DNA of 64,000 nt, taken from assembly GCF_009914755.1 (NCBI RefSeq), contig NC_060927.1. One strand, written 5' to 3'. The notes under the pieces are model-generated. The model was not told where the DNA came from and ran no database searches. It saw only the letters and a list, made by a program, of their open reading frames with translations. This DNA comes from the human T2T-CHM13v2.0 reference genome, Homo sapiens. Position 1 is the first letter of the stretch; each line of letters opens with the position of its first letter. Below, piece after piece: positions 18,140 to 57,244 of this stretch. Made by a program: the position numbers and the translations under genes.

Positions 18140-18650
18140 TACCATTTCCCAGAAACTGAGAAAGCTATTAAAACCTCCCCCAAAAAGTTCCAGGCCCACA
18201 TAGTTTTGTGGGAGAATTGTTTCTAACTTCAAAGAGCAAAAAATGCAGATGTTATTTAAGCTTTTCCAGAACACTAAATGATTTAATTTATTTTTATAAA
18301 TCCAATATTAACACTGATACCAAAATTCTACCAACATAGGATACAAATTAAAGGTAGAGACCTATCTCATATACATTGCCAAAATCCAAAATAAAATATT
18401 GGCAAATTGAATTCGGTAGTTCTTTAAATGGCCTCACGGAGTTCACCTTAAGAAGGTAAAAAGAGCTCACTAGATGACATCTATTACTATAATATGTCAT
18501 ATTAAATAATCAAAGGGAGAAAACTATTATCTCAACAGATTAAAACAAAGTTATTTGACAAAATCCAACATCCTTTCCTTGATTAAAGAAAGTCCTTAGT
18601 AGAACCAGAATAGACACATATTTCCTTAACATGAAGAAATGTATGTGTAT
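18140..18650 (+). mobile_element. Degraded L1 ORF2 fragment
   Basis: acactgataccaaaa, atctcaacagat...atttgacaaaatccaacatcctttc. Confidence 0.7.
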
Positions 18651-19112
18651 CAATATACACATATAAACATATTCACGTATCTTTTTTGTCTCTTTTTGTT
18701 TTTTTTTTTTCCTTTTTGTGCAGTACAAGATCTCGCTGTGTTTCCTGGGTAGATCTTGAACTTCTGGGCTTAAGCGATCTTCATACCTCTGCCTCCCTAA
18801 GTGCTGGGATTACAAGCGTGAACCATTGCGGCTGGCAAACATACTCATATTTATCTCAACTTGTGGGACTAGAAAGGTCTGTATGTGAATGAATTCCTGC
18901 TTTGAGAAGTGTGTGTCCACAGGTCATAAACTGCAGGCTCTAGGGTGCTCATTATCTTAAATGGCTACATGTCATCTTTTCACAAACGTCCTCTGGTATG
19001 GAAAAAGTAGTGATTAAAGATGAATTTCAGGATAGGTTACCTGAGATATGCTTCACCATAGGGGCCAGAGGTGGGAATGGAAGAAGATACAGATCAAACA
19101 GTTTTGCTGTGA

Positions 19113-19434
<322 letters not shown>

Positions 19435-19849
19435 TGATCATTATTGAGCTGATCAATACTGAGGCCAGATGATGGGTACACAAGGCTCACTTATACTCTT
19501 CCCTCTACATTTGCATATGTTTGGAATTTTCCATAATAAAAAGAAGGGGGAAAAAACCCCTTAAAGTCATGCTAACCCTGCAGGACCAGGAAGCAGTGCC
19601 CAGTCACCCTGCTGGGACCCAGCTGAGGTTAGGGAAGATGACACAGGACATAAAGTCAGCCCCATTCCTCCCTCACAGCAGGCAAGCTTGGGCAGGCATT
19701 TGACCAGGAAGGTTGAATGGGGGTGGAGAGCTAGACATCAAGTTCTGCTCTGTGGGCCTTCTGTGCCCAATCGCATAGCAGTGTGTGAACAACCAAGGCT
19801 CCAGGCACCGGGCGCTCCAACCACAGCAGCTCCTGTGCCCCTTTGCTCC

Positions 19850-21100
<1,251 letters not shown>

Positions 21101-21685
21101 ATCCTGCGGTCCAGAAAAATGTGTGTTGGTTCTCTGTGTGCATGTGATGAGGTACTGCTGTCGTCCCAGAGGACTCAAATTAAAGCTCATGCCCTCCCTC
21201 TCTGGGCCTCAGTTTCCCCTCCTCAGGAGAAGGCAGCAGGATGAGGTAGGGGTGTGAGTGCAGGGGGGTGTTGCTGGCTCTGAGGTCCAGAGGCTGACTC
21301 CTTAGTGAGTGTTGGGCAGCTCCCCCTCCTCCTGCTCATCTTGTCCTGGGGCCGGAGGTGAAGGGTGAGAAAGCTGGAGTGGGGAGCAGGGTTGGCTCCT
21401 CTGTAACAACAAAATGCAGGGTCTCAGAAGATGCCTGTGGCTGTAGAAGCAGCTGGGGGAAGCCTAAGATCTAAGCCAGGGCTGCAGGGGCCTCTCTGAA
21501 GGTTGGTGCACAGAGGCCTCCCTAGACTGCCCTGAGAGCGCCTGAGGCGCGGAGCATGTGTGCGCATGCATGCCGGTGTCTGTGCGTGTTAGTGTGTGGC
21601 TTGAGGAGCCTGGGGTGCCTGTGTTTGTGCTCCCACGTGTATTTGTAGGGTTATCTCTCTGTTTCCTGCGTGCGACAGAAGCTGA

Positions 21686-22107
<422 letters not shown>

Positions 22108-22909
22108 TGACAAACCCTGACTCTGTCCTTGGCATATGTATATCTAGATTCACATCTATATCTGTGGCTTCCTTTCATATCTGTGCTCCAGGAACGTCCC
22201 TTTCTGGGGAGGGGACACGGCAGTGAAGACACTCAGTGTTTTGGGGTGTCCCAACTTTATCCTGGGACAATCAGGAAGACGGAGACTAGGAGATTGGCAG
22301 GGGTGGCCAGGCATGGGGCTGGGTGTGGCAGCACTCACTGTAGGGGTGCATCTCTGTCTGTGCCTGTGTGTGCATCTGAATCTGGCACCGTGGGTGTGTG
22401 CCTGTAGCTGTGAGCTGTGTCTCCCTTCATCTGTGCAGCTGAGGTAACACCCCAGAGTGTGTGTGCTGGGTTTGTCATTGGCAATGGTGTGGACTAATGA
22501 GTTCCCTTGGGGCCAGTCCTGGTAGTTGGAGCAAATGACTTGTTGCCAGGAGCCTAGAGCAGGGAGTGATGATTTCACCCACCCAGGGTGTCCAGATATC
22601 CCAGCTGGTCTCCAGAGGCCCTGCTCAACTCATCTGGTTGAGACCAAGACTGGGGCCTCTCACAGGGGCTCTAGCAGTGCAGTGATTTCTCATCCCCTTG
22701 GCCATCACCTGGTCACCAGCTTGGTATAGATGGTAGGCAGAGATAGCCAAGAGTGAGTATCAGGTTTCCATGTTGACAGGATATGTGAGTGTCCCAGGTC
22801 AACAAGACCTTTGCAGGCAGTACTGGGGACAGGAGGCAGGGTTATTTTTCAAGCCCGCTCACTCCTGTTACAGAGCTGGCTCACGAGGCTGGAGGAATCT
22901 CCAAGGTTG

Positions 22910-23420
22910 CTCAGAACATCAGTGGTCATTCTCTGCTTACCCCCAACCTGCAGACCCACTCACCAGGGTTTCCCACCCTGCTCGGTGCTCCCTGACAAAG
23001 TGGACCCTCATGGATGCCATCACAGAGGATTCCTTGATCTTGGGGTTCCAGTTCGATCCAGCCAATGGGAAGTGCCAGCAGGGCATCAGAGGCTGGGAGA
23101 AGAGCTAATTTGGGGTATTTTCCCCATGTACCCCTAGTTTTGGCAGCGACTGTGTGGCCTCAAACCTCCTCTCAGGCTTCCCCGTGGCCCATAACTAGCT
23201 ATTCTCACTGGTTCCAGGAAACCACTCCCTCTCCTGGACCCTTCAGGTTTAGGGGTGAGAGCTCCCTCCCCTCTGTTGCCAACCCCAGGTGCTGCACCAT
23301 CTCCTGTTGGTCCCCTCAACCTCACCCACATCTCAGGTAAATGGCCTGTTCATTAAACTTTTTTCAGAAATCCCTGTGGAGTGAGACCTCTCTTTCTTGC
23401 TAGGGCCCTCCTGGTGCATA
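22910..23420 (+). mobile_element. LTR33-like ERVL solo LTR
   Basis: cagccaatgggaagtgccagcagggcatcagaggctgggagaagag and ttcattaaact... LTR33 hallmarks. Confidence 0.65.
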
Positions 23421-23839
23421 GAGTTACATAGAAATACAACTTATATTTCCTTGAGAAAATATATTTTCTTATTTGAATGCAAGCTCCTTCTGGCCTCCGG
23501 GACTTTGAACCTGCAGTATCTTCTGGTTGTTTAAGAACTCATCTCTTCACCAATAAAACAAACAAAACATGTTTTACATATTTAGCTGAGCTTGGCACTC
23601 ATTAAGGGCATAACAAATACTAGCTAGCATTACTGTTATTGTTACCGTTGTGTTAAATGTGTATGAAATCACAGGGTCTTGGAATGGAAATAGAGGTGCT
23701 CACTTGAATTGAAAGGGGCATGGTTTTAATGTTGTAATAGGATGTCTCAATCTAATATTAGTTAGTGTTTTGAAATATTGTATCTGTGCCAATAATTCAT
23801 GTTTGGTGCATTTCTGTAATATCCTTTGCGTGCCTGTAT

Positions 23840-24132
23840 TTTTCTTTTTTTGTGTGACAGTCTTGCTCTTGTTGCCCAGGCTGGAGCGCAGTAGCGTGAT
23901 CTCAGCTCACTGCAACTTCCGCCCCTGGATTCAAGCTCCTCCTGCCTTGGCCTCCTGAGTAGCTGGGATTACAGGCACCTGCCACCACACCTGGCTAATT
24001 TTTGTACTTTTTAGTAGAGATGGGATTTCGCCATGTTGGCCAGGCTGGTCTTGACCTCCTGACCTCAGGTGATCCGCCCATCTTGGCCTCCCAAAGTGCT
24101 GGGATTACAGGCGTGAGCCACCGCGCCCAGCC
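23840..24132 (-). mobile_element. AluS
   Basis: TSD gtgcctgtattttt. Confidence 0.9.
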
Positions 24133-24735
24133 GTGCCTGTATTTTTCAAAAGAAGTGTTATATTTGGGACTTTCTTATTTGTTTTAAGTTGAAATATATT
24201 TCAATATTGCATGAAAGGGGAAAAACAGTTAAGTATACAATGTTCAATAAGTCAGTGTCTTGTTTCATTAAATGCCATTTAAAAATAAAATACATATGGT
24301 TAAAAAGTGAAAAAATGTATTTCTTCAAAGGGGCCTTCCCTGACCACTGTCCAAATCAGGGACCCCATTATTCTCTCTCTCACAGTCTCAGCCTATGCCT
24401 TTCACAGCAGTTACCACATTTTGTAATCACAATTTTCCTTCCTAGGTTAAGGCTTGTCTCTCCCACTAAACTATTAGCTTGACAAAGGCTTTCTGAACTC
24501 ATCTGCTCTGTGCAGCTGTGTCCCCAGTGCTGTGTCTTAGTGAGCAGACACACTAGGATACTGCAACAAAGAGGCCCCCAAACACAGCAGCGTGCATAAC
24601 ACTTATTTCTTCCCCACGTGATAATGCGGCCGGTTGGCCCAGGCTTTCATGGTGGTTTGAAGGTGTTCACAAGCTCCAGGGCCTCCGCAGACCACTTAAC
24701 TCTTTAGCTACCAGGACACAATTTTAAAAACCCTT

Positions 24736-24885
24736 GGCCAGGCATTGTGACTCATGCCTGTAATCCCAACACTTTGGAAGGCCAAGGTGGGAGGATCGCT
24801 TGAGCCCAGGAGTTAGACACCAGCCTTAGCAATATAGTGAGGCTGTGTCTCTTAAAAAATAATTTAAAAATTAAAAAAATTTAAA
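24736..24885 (+). mobile_element. FLAM/Alu left monomer
   Basis: Single left arm plus A-rich tail. Confidence 0.8.
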
Positions 24886-25109
24886 AACCCACTTATCCAG
24901 ACCAATCCCACTCTCTTTGGCCTCAGCTTCAGGTCCAGGCTGCCCAGATCCTCATTCTCCCAACCAGAGGATCATCTGTGTGGCTTCCCAAACTACAGAG
25001 CAAGTTCCCTGAGGGGAAGTCGGTCTCTCACAAATGCCACAGGGCCACTGCATGCACTCTGTCACTTTATAAAATAGTACTTATTCCTTCTGTGGTTTAC
25101 ATCTGCCCA

Positions 25110-25290
25110 CATCCCTGACCTTTGAGTGAGTTACTTCACCATTCTGTGCCTCAATTTCTTTATCTATAAAATGGGGATGACAATAGTTTGCCTCCTAGGA
25201 CTGTCAGAAGAGTTCGACAAGCAAAAAGCATTTGGACTTCAACTTAGCACATGACAGATGGTCTCTGAATAATAATCAACATTATTGTCT
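25110..25290 (+). mobile_element. MIR
   Basis: ctgtgcctcaatttctttatctataaaatggggat core. Confidence 0.75.
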
Positions 25291-25346
25291 CTTGATTCCC
25301 TGGACTTGCCCATGAAATCCAGAGAATGAAGTGCAACCAGAACTTC

Positions 25347-25648
25347 ATTTTCTTCCTTTTTTTTTTTTTTGAGATGGAGTCTCACTCTTGTCGCCCAGGC
25401 TGGATTGCAATGGCGCGGCCTCACCGCAACCTCCCCTCCCCGGTTCAAGCGATTCTCCTGCCCCAGCCTCCCGAGTAGCTGGGATTACAGGCGCCCTTCA
25501 TCACGCCCAGCTAATTTTTTGTATTTTTAGTAGAGACGGGGTTTCACCATGTTGGTCAGGATGGTCTCGAACTCCTGACCTCAGGTGATTCACCCGCCTC
25601 GGCCTCCCAAAGTGCTGGGATTACAGGCGTGAGCCACCGCACCCGGCC
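25347..25648 (-). mobile_element. AluS, CpG-rich
   Basis: TSD acttcattttc. Confidence 0.9.
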
Positions 25649-26101
25649 CAGTACTTCATTTTCAGATGCAGACATGAAGGACCAGAAGGCTGAAGCAACC
25701 TGCCCAAAGCCACTATGCTGGCGGGTGGCCGAGTTTGGGTTTAATCCAGGCCCGAACCTCAGTTCCCTCAAGATAAAGTTGGGGTGATTATGGCACCTTT
25801 CTCAGGATTAGGTTGTGAGGCTCAGATGCCATCATGCAATCATGGCAGGCACACGGGGGCCCCTCTTCAAACGTCTGTGCGCTTCCCTTGTGCCCCGCCC
25901 TGGCACACAGCCGCCCCCGCGGAGCCCAGGGATCCCAGCCCGGCAGTCCTCCGTCAGCTGCTTCTGTTTGGATGGCGGGGACGGCTGGGCCGACAGAGAG
26001 GCCCATTGTCTCCGTCCTCTGGGGCTCTATTGTTGGGGCCTCCTCCTGGGTTGCAGCCCCACGGACAACCCCAGCTGTCGCTTGGGCCTGGCTCAGCTTA
26101 C

Positions 26102-26500
26102 CCCGGCGGTGAGGGTGCGGGTCGGGGACGGAGACGCGTGCACCCTGAAGACAGTAACTAGGCCTGCTCTACAGAGGGAAACGCAGGCTCTGAGAGCCTA
26201 CATGTCTTCGCCGGGAGTGCTTGTCCCGGAGCTGCTCGCAGACTGGGCCGGGGGTGGGCTCGGGTCGGAGAGGTCACGGGGCTCCTTAGGTCACAGGCGG
26301 CAGGGCCAGAGAAACTCCCCCGCCCCTACGTTTAACTCGCGGAAACAAGGGCCCAGAGAGCCCAGACGCCAGCCCAAGGTCACACAGCGAAGCCCCGGCA
26401 CAGCCCGCCGGGAACCTGTCGTTTCTAACCCCCAGCCTCTCGCCGTTTCTACCCAGCTTGGGAAGCGCAGGAACAGGACATACGGTGGTCGCGCCCCTTC
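26102..26500 (-). ncRNA. HDAC11-AS1: Candidate first exon of a divergent antisense lncRNA (HDAC11-AS1 is known head-to-head with HDAC11); 5' end and downstream exons not determinable
   Basis: Prior knowledge of the locus, plus a minus-strand donor CCGGG|GTAAGC (forward gcttac ccgg at 26096-26106) inside the CpG island. Confidence 0.35.
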
Positions 26501-26529
26501 CGCGAGGCCGGGGTGAAACCCGCTTGGCC

Positions 26530-26548
26530 CTCCCGCCAGGGGGCGGAG
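26530..26548 (+). promoter_or_regulatory. CTCF-like motif in the promoter
   Basis: CTCCCGCCAGGGGGCGGAG. Confidence 0.5.
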
Positions 26549-26806
26549 CTTCCGAACCAGGCGGGATTCCACCGGGTATTTGCCTGCGGAGGCGGGACTT
26601 CGGGCTTGATGGGCGTTGGGGGTGGCCTTCCTGCGGGCAGGCTCTCTGTGTCGCAACACTGGCGGGGCGGGCCAAATCGGCCAGAGCTCTGCCCCCAGAG
26701 GACGCGGCTAAGCCCGGGGGCGTGTCCTGGGCTGGCCCCACCCGCGCCCCGCCCCGCCCCGCCCGGTCGCGGAGCTGCGGCCAGCTTTGGGAGGGCCGGC
26801 CCCGGG

Positions 26807-51140
<24,334 letters not shown>

Positions 51141-51768
51141 CCCTTGCTGCCCTGCCTGTCACGTGGCCCTGCCTATCCGCCCCTTAGTGCTTTTTGTTTT
51201 CTAACCTCATGGGGTGGTGGAGGCAGCCTTCAGTGAGCATGGAGGGGCAGGGCCATCCCTGGCTGGGGCCTGGAGCTGGCCCTTCCTCTACTTTTCCCTG
51301 CTGGAAGCCAGAAGGGCTTGAGGCCTCTATGGGTGGGGGCAGAAGGCAGAGCCTGTGTCCCAGGGGGACCCACACGAAGTCACCAGCCCATAGGTCCAGG
51401 GAGGCAGGCAGTTAACTGAGAATTGGAGAGGACAGGCTAGGTCCCAGGCACAGCGAGGGCCCTGGGCTTGGGGTGTTCTGGTTTTGAGAACGGCAGACCC
51501 AGGTCGGAGTGAGGAAGCTTCCACCTCCATCCTGACTAGGCCTGCATCCTAACTGGGCCTCCCTCCCTCCCCTTGGTCATGGGATTTGCTGCCCTCTTTG
51601 CCCCAGAGCTGAAGAGCTATAGGCACTGGTGTGGATGGCCCAGGAGGTGCTGGAGCTAGGTCTCCAGGTGGGCCTGGTTCCCAGGCAGCAGGTGGGAACC
51701 CTGGGCCTGGATGTGAGGGGCGGTCAGGAAGGGGTACAGGTGGGTTCCCTCATCTGGAGTTCCCCCTC

Positions 51769-51774
51769 AATAAA
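51769..51774 (+). terminator. Proximal polyadenylation signal AATAAA
   Basis: cctcAATAAAgcaagg with a downstream U/GU-rich tract (ttctgtggggtg). Confidence 0.65.
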
Positions 51775-52769
51775 GCAAGGTCTGGACCTGCCTTCCCAGG
51801 CCCTTCTGTGGGGGTGAAGGTGGGGAAGGCCTGCGGCGCCCAGATCACTGCCTTAGCAGTAGTCTTGCCTGTTCAGTGCAAGGGGCAGGTTTTGGGGGGA
51901 GGAATTCTTAGCGCAAGGACGGGCCTCAGCCCTGTCGCCTCCAGGGGGCCGCTGACCCAGGTGGGGAGAGGGCAGAAGAAGGGTGGGGGACGTGGGCAGG
52001 CCAGGCTCACAGGTGGAAATCAGGGATGCAGGGTGGTGCCCAAGCCAGGTCCTGCAGGAACCCAGGCCCAGGGAGGGACCCAGACACTGGTGAGGCGGGG
52101 CAGGGGTTCCTGGAGAGAGGGCAGCGAGGATCTCTATCCTGGCCTGGGGATTATGAACATAGGTAGCCGGGGCAGGGCCCTGGGTGGGACTGTGGCCTCC
52201 ACTGGCCTCACCAAAGTGCCTGGGCCCCAATCCTTCTCCATGCCCAGGGGCCCCAGGTGGGCCAGACCTCTGGCCTGTTCCTCAGCCCTACTCATGGGGA
52301 CATTCAGGGACCTCCAGGAAGTGGGCGGGGGAGCATCCACCCCTGCTAGCCGGCAGCTGTGGCCCTGATCAAATCAGGGGCTGGGGAGGGAAAGTGGGTC
52401 CATTGAGGTGGCCCTGCTCCATCAGCCCCCTACGGGACTTGTGTTCATTACAGTGAGGGGGTGCTCCCACTGTCTCCCGGCCTCCCTAATGCTCCCTCTG
52501 CTGCAGGGAGAAGGGTTCCAAGATCACAAAATGTCAACAATGCTGGCCTCCTGGACCAGACCCCGAGGCTCTAACAATGCACTCTGAGATCCCTACCCTT
52601 GCCGTTGGTCTCTGTCGCTGACTCGAGGCACCTAACATCCATTCACACCCAACACAGGCCAGCGACTTCTGGGGCTCAGCCACAGACATGGTTTGTCACT
52701 GTTGAGCTTCTGTTCCTAGAGAATCCTAGAGGCTTGATTGGCCCAGGCTGCTGTGTGTGCTGGAGGCAA

Positions 52770-53035
52770 AGAATCCCTACCTCCTAGGGGTGAAAGGAAA
52801 TGAAAATGGAAAGTTCTTGTAGCGCAAGGCCTGACATGGGTAGCTGCTCAATAAATGCTAGTGTGTTATTTCATCTTCTGAGTCCTGTGGAGTTGGTAAT
52901 GATTCCCATTTCACAGATGAGGAAACTGAGGCTTGGCAGGGGTGAGAAATTTGCCCCAGGCCACACCTCCCAGCAGATCTCAACAGTGGTAGAGCCAGGC
53001 TTGAATCCAGCTCTGCCAGATCCCAAAGTAAAAGT
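52770..53035. mobile_element. Tail-to-tail MIR pair: + MIR 3' end (~52770-52870) and - MIR (~52885-53035)
   Basis: cctacctcctagggg...gctcaataaatgctag; cccatttcacagatgaggaaactgaggct. Confidence 0.7.
52850..52855 (+). terminator. Distal polyadenylation signal AATAAA, within a MIR 3' tail
   Basis: gctcAATAAAtgctagtgtgttatt, followed by U/GU-rich sequence. Confidence 0.75.
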
Positions 53036-54649
53036 TCTCAGCTGCCTCACACTTGGCAGGGGGGTGGGGTGGGGGTGGGGGGTTACTCTGGACAGAGAAG
53101 GGTCTAGGATCCCAGGGTGATAAGGTCACTGGGCTGGGGTCTGGGACAGCCTGGGAATGGGTGGGCAGGCACAGCTGGGCTGTGATGGTGGCTCTGCTGC
53201 ACAGTGGGAGAGGGCCCTGGCAGGGCAGTGGGTGGATGGGGTGTCTTCCAGGCCTGGGGTGCTTTTGGAGCGCTTATGGGGATGGGCTGCCCCGAGATGA
53301 GGCTGGGCTGGGGTGGGGTATCCAGGCAGGGGGAAAGGCAGAGCCTTGGCCGGGCAGAGTGACCAGAGCATCCCCAGTATCAGTGGCACAGCCTGGATGG
53401 GGGGCAGGGTGGCCCCTTGAGGTTCAGACAGGGTGTCAGGGAAAAGGACATGGGGTAGCAGGCAGGGGTCCCGATTAGCCCTGTGCTGGGTGGGAGGAGA
53501 CTGATAAAGGCTGATGCTGACCAGGTGGTACTAAGGGCCAGGCCCTATCCAGACTCTAGCTGGGAACTGCATATGGAACTTCATGGCACTCTGAGGTGAG
53601 AACTGTTTCCATGCCTACTTCACAGATGTAGAAGCAGAGGCAGGAAAGGGGTTAGTTATTTGCTGAGCACCGCAGCCCCTAAGTGGAGGAGTGAGGACTG
53701 GAGCCCAGGCCCCAGCTCCAGAACCTGTGAGCTGTTTCTTCCTTAAAGATGCTCGTGGAAGAGGTTGTCCTGGGAATAAGAGCCTCAGTACCTGGAAGGC
53801 ACTCAGGACACTGGGTGGCTTTCTGCTGCTCCCAGTAACTGTCAGGGTGAGGGGGAGGAATGTCCTGTAGGTCAGGCGGAAGAACTGAGGCCAGATGAAG
53901 TGTTTGGACCTGTTTGCAGGATCTGTGCATTTTGCTGTATGTAAATTACACCACAAGTTACATCAATCCCAGTGGAGCAGGTCAGCTTCATGAAGTGGCT
54001 GAGAGGTGGCACAGCAGCCCTGACGCCCCAGTGGCTGCTGGCAGCCCTGGATAAGAGCAGGGACAGGCTGAGGACGACTGGCCATCAGACTCATGATCTG
54101 GGGAGACCTTGGGAGGCATGACCTTGCACCATGCCTGGCCAGTGAGCCAGCTGAGGCTTGGGGAGAGGGATTTCATCTTGGGAGACACAGCTCTGTTCTC
54201 TACGGGACAGACGCAGGGAGGTTCCAGCAGGAAGCAGCAGTGCCCGGCTGTAACCTGGCCCCTGCCCGGAACCCACCCCTCCAGGCTAGGCTAATAGGGC
54301 CCCAGCGGGGGCGGGGGCAGAGGCAGGCATGACCATCCCCACTCTGCTGCCTCAGGCATAAACAAAGGCGGTTGCTGGCACGGGGCCCCTCCCTGCCTAG
54401 CGGGACTCCTGGGCAGACCTAAAGGAAGACTTTTATGATGCCTCCCTGGCTGCTCAGCCAAACATTTGGGGTTTAGGGCCAGGAACTCCTCCAGGGCAGC
54501 CTGCCCTTGAGTTGGTTTCATTCAGCTTAGCCAGCACTGGCTGGGGACACCTTGCTCAGGCCCAGGGCCAACGCGTGAGGCTCTGCACCACTCTGGAAGT
54601 GACGCCGTCACGTGATTGCTAGGGAGGCCCAGGGAGCGGACGCGTGGGC

Positions 54650-54990
54650 TCCAGTCCCTCCGGCCTGGCTCTGAGTCCTGCCTCCTCCCCTCGATAGCTG
54701 TGTGCCTTAGTTTACTCATCTGCAAAATGGGGATGATAGCACCTACCTCCTAGGTGTTGGAGAATTAAATGAGTGAATGTTTGTGAAGGGCTTAAAGCAA
54801 GAGTAAACACTCAATTAAGCATGCTTGATTGTGGCTGTCGGCACTCATCATCACCATCATCACCACCACCATGTTACTGATGGGAAACAAACTCAGAGAG
54901 GTGAAATGGCTTGCCGAAGACTGCAGAGTTGGGCAATGGCAAAGCCAGGGAATGCACCCACATCCATCCGACTCCAACACTAGTGCCCTT
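54650..54990. mobile_element. MIR (+) and MIR (-) pair
   Basis: gccttagtttactcatctgcaaaatgggg; gatgggaaacaaactcagagaggtgaaatggcttgcc. Confidence 0.7.
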
Positions 54991-56827
54991 TCCCCATGGC
55001 CAGGCCCTCTGGCAAACAGTGTCTTGGTGAGCATGGCATCTTGCACACTGCCTGGACTTCCACGCCCTTCCCCAGCTCATAGTCTTACCAGCAACCCCGG
55101 GAGAGGCAGGCCTCAGCACCCTTGTTGTCCAGATGAGACAGAGACCCGGATGGGAAAGGCAGTCCCACGGCCCCTCAGCGGTGGTGGCAGGGCCTGGTGG
55201 AGGGAAGTGTGGCACCTGTGGGTACATTGCTGTCTACTCAGGCTGGGGCCCGCAGAGACGGGTGCTCCCACATCCTACCCTGGAAATGCTGTTCAGCTGG
55301 AAAACATACACTGGGCTTTCTAAAGGGCCATTGGCTTTCAGCTTGAACTTTCAAAGTACAAAGTGAATTAAAAAATAGTCATAAAACAGCAGGCAGCTGA
55401 GAAATGCATCATGGATTGGCGTGTGCAGCTGGGGCTAGGGCCCTGGAGAGTACCTGTTCCACCTGCCTGTTCCACCTGCAGAGGCCCAGCCTCGGCACTG
55501 CAGCTGGACAGGGTGTGTGGGGGTGGACGAGAAGGGAGGTATCCTTTGAGGAGGCCTGCTCACCCTGGCTCAGTGCTGGCTGTCAGCGTTGTCGATTTGT
55601 GGATGGGGAAGGTGAGGCCCAGGGAGGGCTTGAAGGAGCCTGGCACCCCCTGGCAAGCAAACCAGAACCCCGGCCTCCTCCCCTCCTCACCTGGTAGCCT
55701 CCTTGCGGGGGGTGGCTGTGGTGAGCATGTGCCATGTGCCAGGCCACATGTGTGAGAGGATTGCAGAGGCCCGTGCACGGCGAGGCCCATGCCACTCTCT
55801 GCGTGCCTGGTCCTTGTTTATCCTCACAGCAGCCTCCCTGTGCAGGGTCCTGGAGCTCCATTGTCCAGGCTGGAACACCAAGGCTTAGAGGGGCCTGCAG
55901 GCCCTCGCCCATGGCCACACACGGTGGAGTGGCAGAGTGGCCAGTCTTCACCACCACCCCGGGTGTTGACCTCTGAACTCCCTGATTTTATTAGGGCTGA
56001 GGCACTGTGGACAGGGCGGGTAAAAGCCAGGACCTCAGCTCAGGGTGACCTCAGCTCAGGGTGGAGAGTGGCCTCCAGAGAAAGAATGCAGCTCTGTAGT
56101 TGCCCAGCCAGGGTTTCAGTCCTGCCTCTGCTGTATACCTGCGCTGTGGCCCCGGGCTGAGCCTCATTGCCTCCTCTATAGAGGACTCTGGTAAACAGTG
56201 GGAATGAGGCTGGCATACAGCAGGTGCATAATACATGTGACACTGGCCAGGGGCTTCTTTACCCTCTTCTGTTCTCATCACCTCTTTGACTCAGCAACAG
56301 GGCAAAGTCCTGTTTCCATCTCTGGTTTAGGGCCTCCCAGTGAGCTGCGGGGCAGCCCTTTTAGGCAGGGCCCCAGACCAAGGCTTACCCAGCCCTCGCG
56401 TGCACCTGCCTGGGGCTGGGCCTGAGCCCTCCCTCAACCCTCCCATGGCTCCAGGCTCCTGGCTGGAGAGTTCGCAGGGTCCGTTCAGCTGAAAGGACCT
56501 GGGGACACATATCATCAGGCCTGGCGCCTGGGATGCTGGGTAGCCTCCCTGAAGCCTGCTGCACCTCCCTGCTCTTGGCCCTGGGGAATGGGGCTGGGCA
56601 GGTCACCATCTCTAAACTGTGGGAAGACACCCATCTTCCCTCGGCGAGGGTGGTCCCATACAGGGAAAATTCAGGCCTGGACTTGGATCTGTGTTTGAAT
56701 CTAGGCTCTCAGTGGCTGTGGGCAAATCACTTCACGCTTTGTGCCTCAGTTTCCTCCTCTGTAAATGGCGATGATAATCCCTTCCTTCCCTATGGTGGCT
56801 TGAGGGTCAAGGAGGCTAGGCAGGTAA

Positions 56828-57244
<417 letters not shown>

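Larger units (their letters stand above)
51141..52875 (+). other. HDAC11: HDAC11 3' UTR (long form; end approximate)
   Basis: Follows the stop codon; AATAAA at 51769 and 52850. Confidence 0.75.

Noticed and set aside
21541-21575. NRF1-like TGCGCATGCA and AP-2-like GCCTGAGGC
   Set aside because: Imperfect and embedded in degenerate TG-rich sequence where such matches arise easily
51935-51953. CTCF-like sequence TCGCCTCCAGGGGGCCGCT in the 3' UTR
   Set aside because: Isolated match with a deviant 3' end in G-rich sequence; insufficient without ChIP data
51631-52368. 245-aa ORF in the HDAC11 3' UTR
   Set aside because: Gly-rich product of G-rich UTR sequence with a non-ATG start and no domain; it also spans the proximal poly(A) signal
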